30,960 bases of DNA from Candidatus Heimdallarchaeota archaeon (lineage in GTDB: Archaea > Asgardarchaeota > Heimdallarchaeia > Heimdallarchaeales > Heimdallarchaeaceae). A program made the translations under genes and the position numbers. The notes under the pieces were generated by a model. The model did not search any database, was not told the origin of the DNA, and saw nothing but the letters and a program-made list of their open reading frames with translations. This document shows positions 1 to 9,867 of the stretch, one piece after another. Location of the stretch: positions 1-30,960 of the forward strand of contig DXJF01000123.1 of NCBI GenBank assembly GCA_019057375.1. Direction: 5' to 3'. Position 1 is the first letter of the stretch; every line of letters begins with the position of its first letter.

Positions 1-68
1 AAAATATTGCATAATTATTTTAATTTAGCTAATAATTATTAACTTAAGAAAGAAAGAATAAAAGGCTA

Positions 69-350
69 TTGAATGAACATATCATGTCGATTTTTATAAA
101 TAATTTGATTCTAACTGCTACAAGAGCCCTCTTAATGAATCCTGCAATTATTCTTGGTGATGAGCCAACTGGAGATTTAGACCAAGATACTTCAACAGAT
201 ATTATGAATTTATTTGTTTCAATTAATGAAAATTACGAACAAACATTTCTTGTTGTTACTCATTCAGAACATATAGCGAAATTTTGTCATAGAATTATCC
301 GCATTGTAGATGGGGAGATTGTTGATGATGGTAAGCTGGTGAAAAAATGA
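69..350 (+). pseudogene. N-terminally truncated LolD/MacB-type ABC ATPase fragment
   Basis: Keeps RALLMNP, Walker B/D-loop ILGDEPTGDLD and H-loop VVTH. No Walker A or LSGGQ signature is encoded in bases 1-120, and an in-frame TAA lies at 45-47. Stop overlaps the next start (ATGA, 347-350). Confidence 0.6.
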
Positions 351-2200
351 ACGAAATTGTAACTTTACCAACTTACGGCACTGTGGAACTTACTCTAGGT
401 GTTCTAATTAACAAATTAAATAGAGATTCACTTGATTTATTGACAAAAAGAGTACGTAGATATCTAAAACAAAAACTAAAAGCTATGTCAATAGATGTAC
501 TTGAGGTTAATACCTTTCTTATTTTTACGTGCAGTTTTCCTCTTGAAGAAGTTGAAAATGATGAACAAAGAAAAACTGTTGTCAGCCAAGTTGAAAAAAT
601 AATACAAGATTATTGTAAAAAAGAATGTGGCTTTTATGCAAAACAAATTCGCAATAATGTTGAGATTCGAGATATAACAAAAATGATTGTTCAATTAGTA
701 AAAAGCTCAACATCTGAAAAGGACAAATTTTTGTTAGAGAATATTGAGGAAATAGCTGCTGATATTGATGATCGAGTTATTTATCATGTAAGCGATGTAT
801 TGTTAAATAGCTTTATCGCTATTTGGGATTTTCCTGGTGATTATCCGGACATTATTATGTTTCCAGATTTAATCCTTAAGAGAGAAGTAAGTGATAAAAA
901 GCAAAATATTCCTCTCAGATTAATAGCTGAAAATTTGCTTATAATGCAATTTGGAAAAGCATGTTCAAACAATCTCAAACCTATATTGAAATCTGTAGAA
1001 GAAGCAATATTAATACTTGAGAACTTGTTACAGGATTCTAAAAAGATTAAGAATTTAGAAGAGAATATGAGTAATAAACTATGGAGAACCTTGAGAGTGA
1101 TTTTTGGTTTGCTTTCTTCAACACAACAAGTAATTTCAGTTCAATTAAAGCAAATCAACCGAATTGCTCAAGTAAGAAATGATCTAGTTGAAGAAGTTAA
1201 GAAACTAAACTATGCTCCATTATTAGATTATCTAATGCTTCTAGATACAATTATGCAGTGTTTTGATCATATTGAACGATTGAATAATCTTCAAACGAAA
1301 GTAAAACAAAATTATCAAACTTTACTTAATATCATAAATCATTTCAAAGATGTTCCTGAAAGAGAAGTTGAAGATGTTAAAGATGTATCTTTGATATTCA
1401 TAAAAACATTAGCAGAAATTCAGTTAATGAAATTCTTTTCAGATAAGTTTCGTGATTTAGCCTATTTCCAAACTATTCCAACTGAAGTTTCTCTAGAAAA
1501 AGTAGAAAAAATACATGTAGATGCAGATGTAATTCTAAAAGGAGTTGCACTTTTCAAAACTTATCGTTTGGTTGGGTCAACAGTTTATGCTTTACGTGGA
1601 ATAGATGTTGAACTTAAGAAAGGAGAAATGGCTGCTTTAGTTGGACCAAGTGGGAGTGGAAAGACTACCTTACTAAATCTTCTTTCAGGGTTAGATACTC
1701 CGAATAGAGGTGCGGTGTTCCTTTTAGGTAGAAACATAGATACAATGACTGATGCAGAAGTCTCGATGTTCAGACGAAGAAATATGGGATTCATTTTCCA
1801 ATATTATAATCTAATTCCCCAGTTAACAGTTCTTGAAAATGTTATGTTACCTGCTCTGATGATAAATCGACCAAAGAAAGAAGCTAGAGCAAAGGCAATC
1901 GAATTGATTAAAGAAGTTGATTTGGAAAGATTTCAGAATCAGTTTCCAATTAAGCTGTCTGGTGGTCAAATGCAAAGAGTTACTATTGCAAGAGCTATGA
2001 TAAATGATCCTGCGGTTCTTTTTGCAGATGAACCAACAGGTGATTTGGATTCAGAAACAGGTCAAGTAGTTATTGACTTGATAAGAAGATTTACTAAAGA
2101 AAAGAATACAGCAGTTATTTTAGTAACTCATGATTTAGAAATAGCAAAGGTTTGTGACCGAATAATCCAGATGGGAGACGGAAGAGTAGCTTCTGATTAA
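347..2200 (+). CDS. Fusion protein: ~390-aa soluble N-terminal domain plus C-terminal LolD/MacB-type ABC ATPase
   Basis: C-terminal Walker A GPSGSGKT, Q-loop FIFQYYNL, signature LSGGQMQR, Walker B/D-loop LFADEPTGDLD and H-loop VTHD. No transmembrane segment evident. Confidence 0.85.
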   Translation: MNEIVTLPTYGTVELTLGVLINKLNRDSLDLLTKRVRRYLKQKLKAMSIDVLEVNTFLIFTCSFPLEEVENDEQRKTVVSQVEKIIQDYCKKECGFYAKQIRNNVEIRDITKMIVQLVKSSTSEKDKFLLENIEEIAADIDDRVIYHVSDVLLNSFIAIWDFPGDYPDIIMFPDLILKREVSDKKQNIPLRLIAENLLIMQFGKACSNNLKPILKSVEEAILILENLLQDSKKIKNLEENMSNKLWRTLRVIFGLLSSTQQVISVQLKQINRIAQVRNDLVEEVKKLNYAPLLDYLMLLDTIMQCFDHIERLNNLQTKVKQNYQTLLNIINHFKDVPEREVEDVKDVSLIFIKTLAEIQLMKFFSDKFRDLAYFQTIPTEVSLEKVEKIHVDADVILKGVALFKTYRLVGSTVYALRGIDVELKKGEMAALVGPSGSGKTTLLNLLSGLDTPNRGAVFLLGRNIDTMTDAEVSMFRRRNMGFIFQYYNLIPQLTVLENVMLPALMINRPKKEARAKAIELIKEVDLERFQNQFPIKLSGGQMQRVTIARAMINDPAVLFADEPTGDLDSETGQVVIDLIRRFTKEKNTAVILVTHDLEIAKVCDRIIQMGDGRVASD

Positions 2201-3552
2201 ATTCGTTTTCTTTCAATTTTTTTAATTTTCTTAACCCATCTATCAAATTTTTCTGGTTTTTCTGGATAATTTTGAGACAGTTTCTTTATTTTCTCTGCAA
2301 GAAGTAAACCTTTGGCAACTTTAATGAGTAATTTGGGTTTTCTTAAACCTTTGAAAACTTTTTTCACTATTGGTAGCTTAACTGCCGTTGAATACATTAT
2401 GGAGTCAACATCTTCTTGAGAGATAATACCTTTCTCAAATAGAAATGAAAAATCGCTGAATGGGACTGAATTAAGTAGCTTGTGAACAGCAATACCTAAT
2501 CCTCCATCATAACCATATTCCTCCCATATTTTGATATTATATTTCCAGAGAAAACTCTCACTGAGATCTTGATTTCTTATTGCTAACTCAACAATTTCTG
2601 AAGCATAGTATGCACTTAATAATGCTGGTCCATGCCCTTCACCACTTATTGGATTAACAAGAGTTGCCGCATCTCCACAAGTGATAAAACCGTCACAAAC
2701 CATTGAATATAAAGGTAAACGACCAGGTAGAGTGTCTCCTGATCCGTCTAAAACTTTAGAATCTGGAAAGATTTTTTTCCGAAGTATTTCTAAAATGGTT
2801 TTGGTATTAGAATCTTTGTTATTATCATTCAGTAACCACCCAACTCCAATATTCAACTGCTTTTCTCCTTTAGAAAAAATCCAAAAATATCCCGGAGGAG
2901 GCATCTCATCATGATATTCTATTCTCATTTGCTTTTGATAATCATGTGGTTTGGAGGTTTCGATAATTTCTCTATAAGAAACAATGGTTTCTTCTTTAAG
3001 AAGTTTTTTTGAAAACTTATTGCATACTGAATCTGGGATGGTTCTTCTAACAATACCTGTGATACCAGAACAATCAGCAACTATCTTTGCATAGATACTG
3101 ATAATTTTGCCACTGGACTGTCGGATTTTACATCCCACTACTTTGTTATTTTCAATTATTGTTTCAATCGCTTTATGATTTGGTTTGAAGGTTACACTTG
3201 CATAATCTGTAAGAGATTTTAGCAGTCTTTGACCATATTTTAACCTATCGATGGTCTGTGAAGTAAAGTCAATAGATAATTCGAAATCCAGAACAGGACG
3301 AAAATGTGCAGAAGCAAGATTCTCTGCAACTTCTTCACCTCTTGGTTGCATTATCCCAGAGAGCTCAAATAATCTTCTTGTTGAATTTGGACTTAAAGCA
3401 TCTCCACAAGGCTTGTATCCCACATCTCTCTTTGGTTTTTGATCTATCACTATTGTTGAAATGTTTCTTTTTCCAAGATTAATAGCAAAGCTTACTCCTG
3501 CGGGTCCTGCACCAACAATTAGTACATCTGTATCTATGTGTTGCTTCAGCAT
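2197..3552 (-). CDS. Geranylgeranyl reductase family FAD-dependent oxidoreductase (digeranylgeranylglycerophospholipid reductase-like)
   Basis: GAGPAG dinucleotide motif, PCGDA, YFWIF (YxWxFP-like) and GDAATLVNPISGEG. Confidence 0.85.
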   Translation of the reverse strand: MLKQHIDTDVLIVGAGPAGVSFAINLGKRNISTIVIDQKPKRDVGYKPCGDALSPNSTRRLFELSGIMQPRGEEVAENLASAHFRPVLDFELSIDFTSQTIDRLKYGQRLLKSLTDYASVTFKPNHKAIETIIENNKVVGCKIRQSSGKIISIYAKIVADCSGITGIVRRTIPDSVCNKFSKKLLKEETIVSYREIIETSKPHDYQKQMRIEYHDEMPPPGYFWIFSKGEKQLNIGVGWLLNDNNKDSNTKTILEILRKKIFPDSKVLDGSGDTLPGRLPLYSMVCDGFITCGDAATLVNPISGEGHGPALLSAYYASEIVELAIRNQDLSESFLWKYNIKIWEEYGYDGGLGIAVHKLLNSVPFSDFSFLFEKGIISQEDVDSIMYSTAVKLPIVKKVFKGLRKPKLLIKVAKGLLLAEKIKKLSQNYPEKPEKFDRWVKKIKKIERKRI

Positions 3553-3633
3553 TGAAATGTTATTGAAATCATGAGATTAAAAATTTTTCATATTGTTTAA
3601 ATTTTTACAGATAAAATATCTTAAATATTCAAA

Positions 3634-4113
3634 GTGAATCCTAACACACCAATGCAACCCAATTCTAAAATACATTTTTACCAAGAAATAATTAAAAAAG
3701 CTCACGATTCATTCCGTGAATTTCTTGTTCATTTACCAGAAGACATTCTTGAATGGCAAATACATGAATCTTTGAATTCTGTTAGGTGGATAATAGAACA
3801 TGTAATACATGATCAGCTGTGGATAGCTAACGTAATAATGAATAATTATGAAGAAGGTTATCATTTTAAGGCTAGCATTGATCAATATGCTCTTGATGAA
3901 CTTGTAGAGAAGTATGATGATGTTTTTATAGCGATTGAAGAGAAATTTGTAGATCTCAAAGAAGAACATCTGAATGAAGCAAGAGTGTATAAAGAATTTA
4001 GTCTCTCTGTTGAAGATTGGCTCTACGAATACATTCATCATTTAAATCATCATAGCGGTGAAATTGGTTTAATACTAACAGCATGGAAGAGAAAGAAGAG
4101 ATCTTTAAAATAG
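3634..4113 (+). CDS. DinB/YfiT-like superfamily metal-binding four-helix protein
   Basis: SVRWIIEHV and HHLNHHSGEI give the typical His triad. Size fits. GTG start at 3634, or ATG at 3652. Confidence 0.7.
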   Translation: MNPNTPMQPNSKIHFYQEIIKKAHDSFREFLVHLPEDILEWQIHESLNSVRWIIEHVIHDQLWIANVIMNNYEEGYHFKASIDQYALDELVEKYDDVFIAIEEKFVDLKEEHLNEARVYKEFSLSVEDWLYEYIHHLNHHSGEIGLILTAWKRKKRSLK

Positions 4114-4121
4114 AGCAATTA

Positions 4122-5003
4122 TTATGACTCCAAAAACTCTTCAGGGAGAGCTGGTTCAATATGTATAATCAAATCCTTGAAATCATTATCTTGTTCTAAT
4201 TCAGCTTTAACTTTTTCAGAAATCTCGTGAGCTTCAATAATTGATAGCTTTGGATTTACTAAAATATGAAAGTCTCCTGTATAAGAACCCAAAACGGACC
4301 TTAATCTAATGATATGTACTTCCTCTACATGTTCAAAAGATAGCACTTTTTCCTTTAGTTTATCAATTATTTCTTGGGGTGGTCCTTTATCTAGTAACTC
4401 TGGAAGAGAACTCTTAGTTATTTCATAACCAGTGTACAAAATTAAACATACTATTACCAATGCAAAAGCAGGATCTAACCACCAAACATTATATTTGACA
4501 CCAAGATATGCAAACCCTACAAAAACAGATGAAATTGCATCTGTTCTATAGTTTTTGGCATTTGCTATGTACACAGCAGAGTTTAGCTTCTTTCCAATTG
4601 TCATCACACCAATGTAAAGAAGTATTTTACCTACGAAAGAAATAACTGCAGCGACAAGAACATATATTTCTAAATCATAAGGTGTCCCCTCTGTAAGTTT
4701 GGTTATTGCATTTTCTGCAATAAAATAAGAAGAAAGAAACATAGTAGAAGCAATAACTAAGCTTGATATCATCTGAAATTTATGGTGCCCAAAAGGGTGA
4801 TCCTGATCTGCAGGCTTTCTGCTTCGTCTTTCTCCAACTCCTGCTATTGATGCAGAAACAAGATCTAGAACTGAATCAAAACCATCAGCTATCAAACTAA
4901 TTGATCCAAAAATAGATCCAATTACCAATTTCAAAGTCATCAAAATTATATTCCCTCCGATTGAGAGAATATTTGCAATAGCTGCTAGTCTTACTTTTGC
5001 CAT
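4122..5003 (-). CDS. Cation diffusion facilitator (FieF/MntE-like) metal efflux transporter
   Basis: SISLIADGFDSVLD (TM2), DQDHPFGH loop, NYRTD (TM5) and C-terminal EAHEIS/IHIEP dimerization domain. ATG at 5003 preferred because the longer ORF overlaps pmbA. Confidence 0.92.
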   Translation of the reverse strand: MAKVRLAAIANILSIGGNIILMTLKLVIGSIFGSISLIADGFDSVLDLVSASIAGVGERRSRKPADQDHPFGHHKFQMISSLVIASTMFLSSYFIAENAITKLTEGTPYDLEIYVLVAAVISFVGKILLYIGVMTIGKKLNSAVYIANAKNYRTDAISSVFVGFAYLGVKYNVWWLDPAFALVIVCLILYTGYEITKSSLPELLDKGPPQEIIDKLKEKVLSFEHVEEVHIIRLRSVLGSYTGDFHILVNPKLSIIEAHEISEKVKAELEQDNDFKDLIIHIEPALPEEFLES

Positions 5004-5082
5004 TAGATGATAAACTCTTATGTATTCAATAAATTTTCTGTTTGAATAAAATTGCCTACTCAAACCAGAAAATGAAAAAAAA

Positions 5083-6432
5083 TTACTTCCCTCCACTTAC
5101 ACGAAGTGGAGAAAGCAACATCCAAGGAGCCTCATGTCCGCTACGATTTTCTGTTTCCTTGCTCATGTTTTCAATTTTCTCAAATATCTCAAAAATTGTA
5201 CATCCTATGACTGCATTTTTAACAGGATATTGTAGTTCTCCATCCTTTACATAAAAACCTTGATTGATTTGAGCTGAGACTTGTGGATTATCTCCTCGTG
5301 AATGAATAGAAGACGACATCAGATATATCCCTTCTTTCATATCTGCAAGTAAATCATCCTTTGAAACAGAACCAGCTTCTATATTCATAGTGTAAGGTGA
5401 TGGTCTTGGTCTTGAAGCAAATGAACTCCTTGATGCATGACCAGTGTTTTCTATACTAACCAAAGGAGCAGTATAAGAATCTGTAATGTAGGTTTGCAGA
5501 ATACCGTTTTCAACTAAAGAAAGTTTCTTAGGAACAACTCCTTCATCATCGAAACCTGCAGAATCGGTCCCTTCTGGAATAAATGGATCATCAGTTATTG
5601 TAAGCTTAGATGAAGCAATTGCATCACCAATTTTATCTACAAAAAAAGCTGTTTTATTAAAGACACTGAAAGCATTAATTCCACTAGAAAGTATGGGACT
5701 TATTGTTCCATAAGCACTATCAGGATCAAGTAGGATTGGCAATGAGGTTGTTTCGATTTTTTGAGAACCTAACATTTTTTGAGCTCGTAATCCAGCTTCT
5801 GTTCCAATTTTGATGTGATCAAAATTTTTCATTTGGGTTGCTGCATCATAATAATAAGCGTTACCTATGTCCTCGCCTTCTTGTATCTTGACACCTAGAT
5901 ACCCACTTACAGAAGTTTGTGATGCAAATCTGTCTATTCCTTCGGAATTTAAAATATATCTTTCTCCTATTCCTGCGTTGAAATTTCCGCTTATAATTGC
6001 ATCCTCTCTAACAGTTGCTTTTTGAATGGAATCAAGAATTAGATCTGTAAATTCTTCAACTGAAATATCTACTATTGTTTTATCAAATCGACCAGAAATT
6101 GTAGGAGCTGTTCTAGGATCATAAGGTAAAGATTTGAAATTTGGATCAGGAGGGCTAACTTCTGCAAGAGCGTAAGCATCCTTGATAGTTTTTTCTAGTG
6201 ATTCTTCTGTAAAAATGGTTGTAGATGCCATCCCTATTGCATTATTCTTTATAACTCGTATTCCTAAACCAGAATTGCTAGTATCTGTAAAGCGTCTAAT
6301 AGAACCACGTTCAATCTGAATACTTTTTACAGACCCAAATATGGTGTATGCTTCAATTTGATCAGCGCCAAGGGATGTACCATACTTAATGACATATTCT
6401 GCTAGATCGTGAAGATTTTCTTCAGTAGTCAT
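5083..6432 (-). CDS. pmbA: PmbA/TldE family protein
   Basis: GLGIRVI N-terminal motif, FDDEGV, LVENGILQTY, TGHASR. No HExxH. Translationally coupled to tldD (TAATG at 6430-6434). Confidence 0.88.
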   Translation of the reverse strand: MTTEENLHDLAEYVIKYGTSLGADQIEAYTIFGSVKSIQIERGSIRRFTDTSNSGLGIRVIKNNAIGMASTTIFTEESLEKTIKDAYALAEVSPPDPNFKSLPYDPRTAPTISGRFDKTIVDISVEEFTDLILDSIQKATVREDAIISGNFNAGIGERYILNSEGIDRFASQTSVSGYLGVKIQEGEDIGNAYYYDAATQMKNFDHIKIGTEAGLRAQKMLGSQKIETTSLPILLDPDSAYGTISPILSSGINAFSVFNKTAFFVDKIGDAIASSKLTITDDPFIPEGTDSAGFDDEGVVPKKLSLVENGILQTYITDSYTAPLVSIENTGHASRSSFASRPRPSPYTMNIEAGSVSKDDLLADMKEGIYLMSSSIHSRGDNPQVSAQINQGFYVKDGELQYPVKNAVIGCTIFEIFEKIENMSKETENRSGHEAPWMLLSPLRVSGGK

Positions 6433-7850
6433 TATTCAGTACCTCCTACAACAAGATTAGATACAGCCAGATTCGGACCTCCTCCAGTTACTGGAACCCA
6501 TTGGCCTCCTTTTCCGCAAGTGCCCTCGAACGCAGGTTCCCAAGGCTTTCCAATTGCAAAGGTGTTCTGTAATACTTCTAATGTCATTCCTGACATACCA
6601 ACATTCCCCATCATATCTGTTATTTCACCATTTTCAATGAAATATCCCATTTGGCAAGAGAAGTAGAACTGTCCTTTGGCAGGCATTACATATCCACCAT
6701 AGGAGTCCTTCAGATAGACTCCATCTTTAGTGATTTCAGCAATTTCTTCAATTTTCATATCTCCTCCACCAACATATGTGTTACCCATTCGAGCTTGAGG
6801 TGTCACATTAAAATTCATCGCTCGACCTGAACCATTTGGCTCCATTCCTAAAGCTGTTGCAGTTTCTAAAGTGTGGAAGTATTCTTTAAGAATACCACTC
6901 TCAACAAGAACTCGTTTTCGAGCTTTGGTTCCTTCTGAATCATAAGCAAAAGATCCCCTTAATCCTATGACAGTAGGATCATCATAAACATAAATTTCTT
7001 CAATTCCGACTCTCTCACCAATTCTTCCTTCAAGAACTGATGTTTTAGCTATAATGGCATCAGCTTCACATGCATGCCCAAAAGCTTCATGAATGAAAAC
7101 TCCAGTTAACGATGGGTCCATAACTACATTCATCTTTCCTGATGGAGGTTCCTTAGCTATTAATAGCTTTTCAGCCATAACTGCAGCTTTTAACCCTTCT
7201 TCTTCAGGGTCCCATTTCTCAATTAATTCCCATCCTCCAGCTCCACCAGCAGAATCAAAAACACTTTGCATTTTTGTTCCTTCTCTTCCTATGACGTTTT
7301 TCATAAGTCGTATTACATGAGTTTCATTTTCAACTTTGGTCCCTTTATTATTAATAATAATTTCATTTCCATGGGATTCTTGATAAGTTGATGAAGATTC
7401 AGCAATTGAATCAGAATACTCTCTAGCTGCTTTTTCTGTTTTAACAACTTTTTCAAACTTAACCTCTTTATCTACCGCTCGAGGATCTATCTCAATAGTT
7501 GTTGCTCCCTTTCCTTCAAATACCCAGCTATCACTAATACTTCTTTCCTGTTTAGTATATTTTGAACCAGTTCGTGCCATTCTCATAGCCTTTTCAGCAG
7601 CTTGGAATATAGATTCCTTATCTGTTTTGACAATTGTTGTAAAACCCCAAGCATTGTCAATCAAGGCTCTGATAGCAATACCACCTGTAGTTTGATTACT
7701 AACGCTATCAAATCGACCATTTCTGACTGTGAAAGATTCTCCCATCGCATAAGCATACCTTATGTCTAGAAAATCTTTCGAAGAGAGAGACACTTTGTTG
7801 ATTACATATTCTAAAATGTCTAACATACGTTTTTTCCGTTCTAATATCAT
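6432..7850 (-). CDS. tldD: TldD family metalloprotease
   Basis: HEAFGHACEAD zinc motif, YDSEG, GSGRA, RMGNTY and C-terminal CGKGGQWVPV. Confidence 0.93.
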   Translation of the reverse strand: MILERKKRMLDILEYVINKVSLSSKDFLDIRYAYAMGESFTVRNGRFDSVSNQTTGGIAIRALIDNAWGFTTIVKTDKESIFQAAEKAMRMARTGSKYTKQERSISDSWVFEGKGATTIEIDPRAVDKEVKFEKVVKTEKAAREYSDSIAESSSTYQESHGNEIIINNKGTKVENETHVIRLMKNVIGREGTKMQSVFDSAGGAGGWELIEKWDPEEEGLKAAVMAEKLLIAKEPPSGKMNVVMDPSLTGVFIHEAFGHACEADAIIAKTSVLEGRIGERVGIEEIYVYDDPTVIGLRGSFAYDSEGTKARKRVLVESGILKEYFHTLETATALGMEPNGSGRAMNFNVTPQARMGNTYVGGGDMKIEEIAEITKDGVYLKDSYGGYVMPAKGQFYFSCQMGYFIENGEITDMMGNVGMSGMTLEVLQNTFAIGKPWEPAFEGTCGKGGQWVPVTGGGPNLAVSNLVVGGTE

Positions 7851-7895
7851 AATATAAACTTAATTGTAAAACGATAAAGGGAAAACTAGCAAATA

Positions 7896-8921
7896 TTATA
7901 CTCTTATCGAAGTTTGTTCTCCGCAGTTTTTGCAATTTCCACCATTTGAGAGATGTTTGATTTTGACATTATAAGCTACCCTCTCAACCAAAGTTTTACC
8001 GCAATTTAAGCAAAATGTTGTATTTATTTCAGAGTAAGGAAGGTTTCCTGTATAGACGAAGTTAAGCCCTTCTTCTCCTGCTATTCTTCTGGCTTCAATC
8101 ACGGTATCAACTGGCGTTGGAGGAACATTTTGCATTTTGTAATGAGGGTAAAATCGACTAAAATGAACGGGAACATTTTCATCCATTTCATTGATTACCC
8201 ACCGTGAAAATTGCTTTATTTCTTCTGAAGAATCATTGTAATTTGGTATAAGTAACATAGTTAATTCAATATGAATGCCTTCTTTCCACATTCTGATTGC
8301 ATTTTGTTTGACGTATTTTAAAGCAGGAAAAGTTGTTACTTCTTTATAAAATTCCTCAGTAAAGGCTTTTATATCAATATTAATTGCATCAATAATTGTT
8401 AACAATTCTTCAAGTGGTTTTTCATTAATCATTCCATTAGAAACAAGAACATTTCCTATTTTATTTTCATGAGCTAACTTACCTGTATCTCGTATCCATT
8501 CCCAATTAATCAAAGGTTCATTGTAAGTATAAGCAATTGTTTCACATTTGTTTTTTCGAGTCATATCGATAGCATTCTGAGGTGTAATTTGAATCAAATT
8601 GTTGCTCTCAGCTGATATTTGACTGATACTCCAATTCTGACAATGAGCACAATGAAGGTTGCATCCTGCTGTTCCAAAACTCATTGTAGAAGAACCTGGT
8701 TTGTAATGATAAACTGGTTTCTTTTCTATAGGATCAGCATGAACTGAAGTAAATCTATTGTATCCAAGTGCATATAGTTTTCCATCAATATTTTTTCTTG
8801 CTTGACAGTTACCTAGTTCTCCAGATAGAATTATACAGTTTCTTGGACATAACAAACACTGAACTTTCTTTCCCTCTCTCTTCTCATAAAATTCTGCTTC
8901 AAACAATGCCAATTGAACCAC
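7896..8921 (-). CDS. amrS: AmmeMemoRadiSam-system-type radical SAM enzyme (PFL-activase-like)
   Basis: CLLCPRNC N-terminus, DPIEKKPVYH, GCNLHCAHCQNW (CxxxCxxC), YTYNEP, FHPxY-like FSRFYPHYKM and C-terminal TFCLNCG. GTG start. Confidence 0.88.
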   Translation of the reverse strand: MVQLALFEAEFYEKREGKKVQCLLCPRNCIILSGELGNCQARKNIDGKLYALGYNRFTSVHADPIEKKPVYHYKPGSSTMSFGTAGCNLHCAHCQNWSISQISAESNNLIQITPQNAIDMTRKNKCETIAYTYNEPLINWEWIRDTGKLAHENKIGNVLVSNGMINEKPLEELLTIIDAINIDIKAFTEEFYKEVTTFPALKYVKQNAIRMWKEGIHIELTMLLIPNYNDSSEEIKQFSRWVINEMDENVPVHFSRFYPHYKMQNVPPTPVDTVIEARRIAGEEGLNFVYTGNLPYSEINTTFCLNCGKTLVERVAYNVKIKHLSNGGNCKNCGEQTSIRV

Positions 8922-9123
8922 TTAAACATTATTCGCCGATAAGCGAGTTAAGTGAAGTAAGCTTAACTATAAATCTGTCGATTATTGATTTACAAATTTG
9001 TACATCTCCAAATTTTTGTAAAAGATTATTCTTAAAAAGAAGATTTTCACTTTTTCTACTGCTTGTTACTCATTTCTTAATGACTTATACCAAAAACTAA
9101 AAAAAGAAGAGAATGAATTCTTC

Positions 9124-9813
9124 ATGGTTACGTGTAATATGACAGAGGAAGAATCCGAGAGTAAAGATCTGAATATTATAAAGTTGAGAAAAGGAGAAAC
9201 TGTTGATATTAGTAAAGCTTTAGGGTCAAATAAGCGTATAACAATCCTGAAATACTTATCTGAAGAAGAGCTCAACTTATCTGAAATCGCTAAAAAAATT
9301 AACAGTACTCCTCAAGCTGTTTATCATCATTTACAGATTCTTGAGAAATCAAGATTGATCTATGTTGTCAGAGAAGAAAAAATCAAGAATATGGCTAAAA
9401 CCATAAAGTATTATCGCGCAAGTTATCAACCCGATGCAATAAATCTTCTTCTTTGGGCTCCTCTTGATGAATTGGAACTCACAGAATTAGAAGCAAGAGT
9501 TCCTTTACCTGAAAGACCTGTACAGAGAATTGTAAGAAAAATGGCAGATAAGGTTTTTACAGATTTGAATGAGTTTAAAATTGAAAATCTGACATCAGTA
9601 ATAAAGAATATGATTGATTTAACACATGAATCTATGAACTCCCTCAAGACTGACTATGGATTAGACATGGATGATAAACTCTGGAACTTAATTCTACTTT
9701 TTTCTAATCTTTCAGTTCTAAATGCAGTAAAAAAAATGGCTGAAGATAAACAACATAGGGATGAAGTTAATACCTTACTATCATTGCTTTATGAGGAATT
9801 AGAAGGAATATAA
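9124..9813 (+). CDS. ArsR-like winged-HTH transcriptional regulator with helical C-terminal domain
   Basis: KALGSNKRITILKYL...LSEIAKKINSTPQAVYHHLQILEKSRLI. Start at 9124 or 9139. Confidence 0.8.
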   Translation: MVTCNMTEEESESKDLNIIKLRKGETVDISKALGSNKRITILKYLSEEELNLSEIAKKINSTPQAVYHHLQILEKSRLIYVVREEKIKNMAKTIKYYRASYQPDAINLLLWAPLDELELTELEARVPLPERPVQRIVRKMADKVFTDLNEFKIENLTSVIKNMIDLTHESMNSLKTDYGLDMDDKLWNLILLFSNLSVLNAVKKMAEDKQHRDEVNTLLSLLYEELEGI

Positions 9814-9867
9814 TAATACACAATGAGAAAACTTACTTTTTCTTGCCTTGTTGTTGTTAGATATAGG

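Noticed and set aside
85-125. CTAAC followed by AG just before ABC homology resumes, resembling a spliceosomal branch point and 3' splice site
   Set aside because: The context is archaeal, with coupled operons and no other interrupted gene. Such short motifs are expected by chance in AT-rich DNA, and no 5' exon is visible.
5004-5096. 31-aa N-terminal extension of the CDF ORF
   Set aside because: It overlaps the pmbA 3' end and has no CDF character; ATG 5003 fits better.
5083-8921. Possible RiPP cluster (TldD/PmbA protease plus radical SAM)
   Set aside because: No precursor peptide, RRE or SPASM domain seen. TldD/PmbA and AmrS are widespread housekeeping-type genes in archaea.
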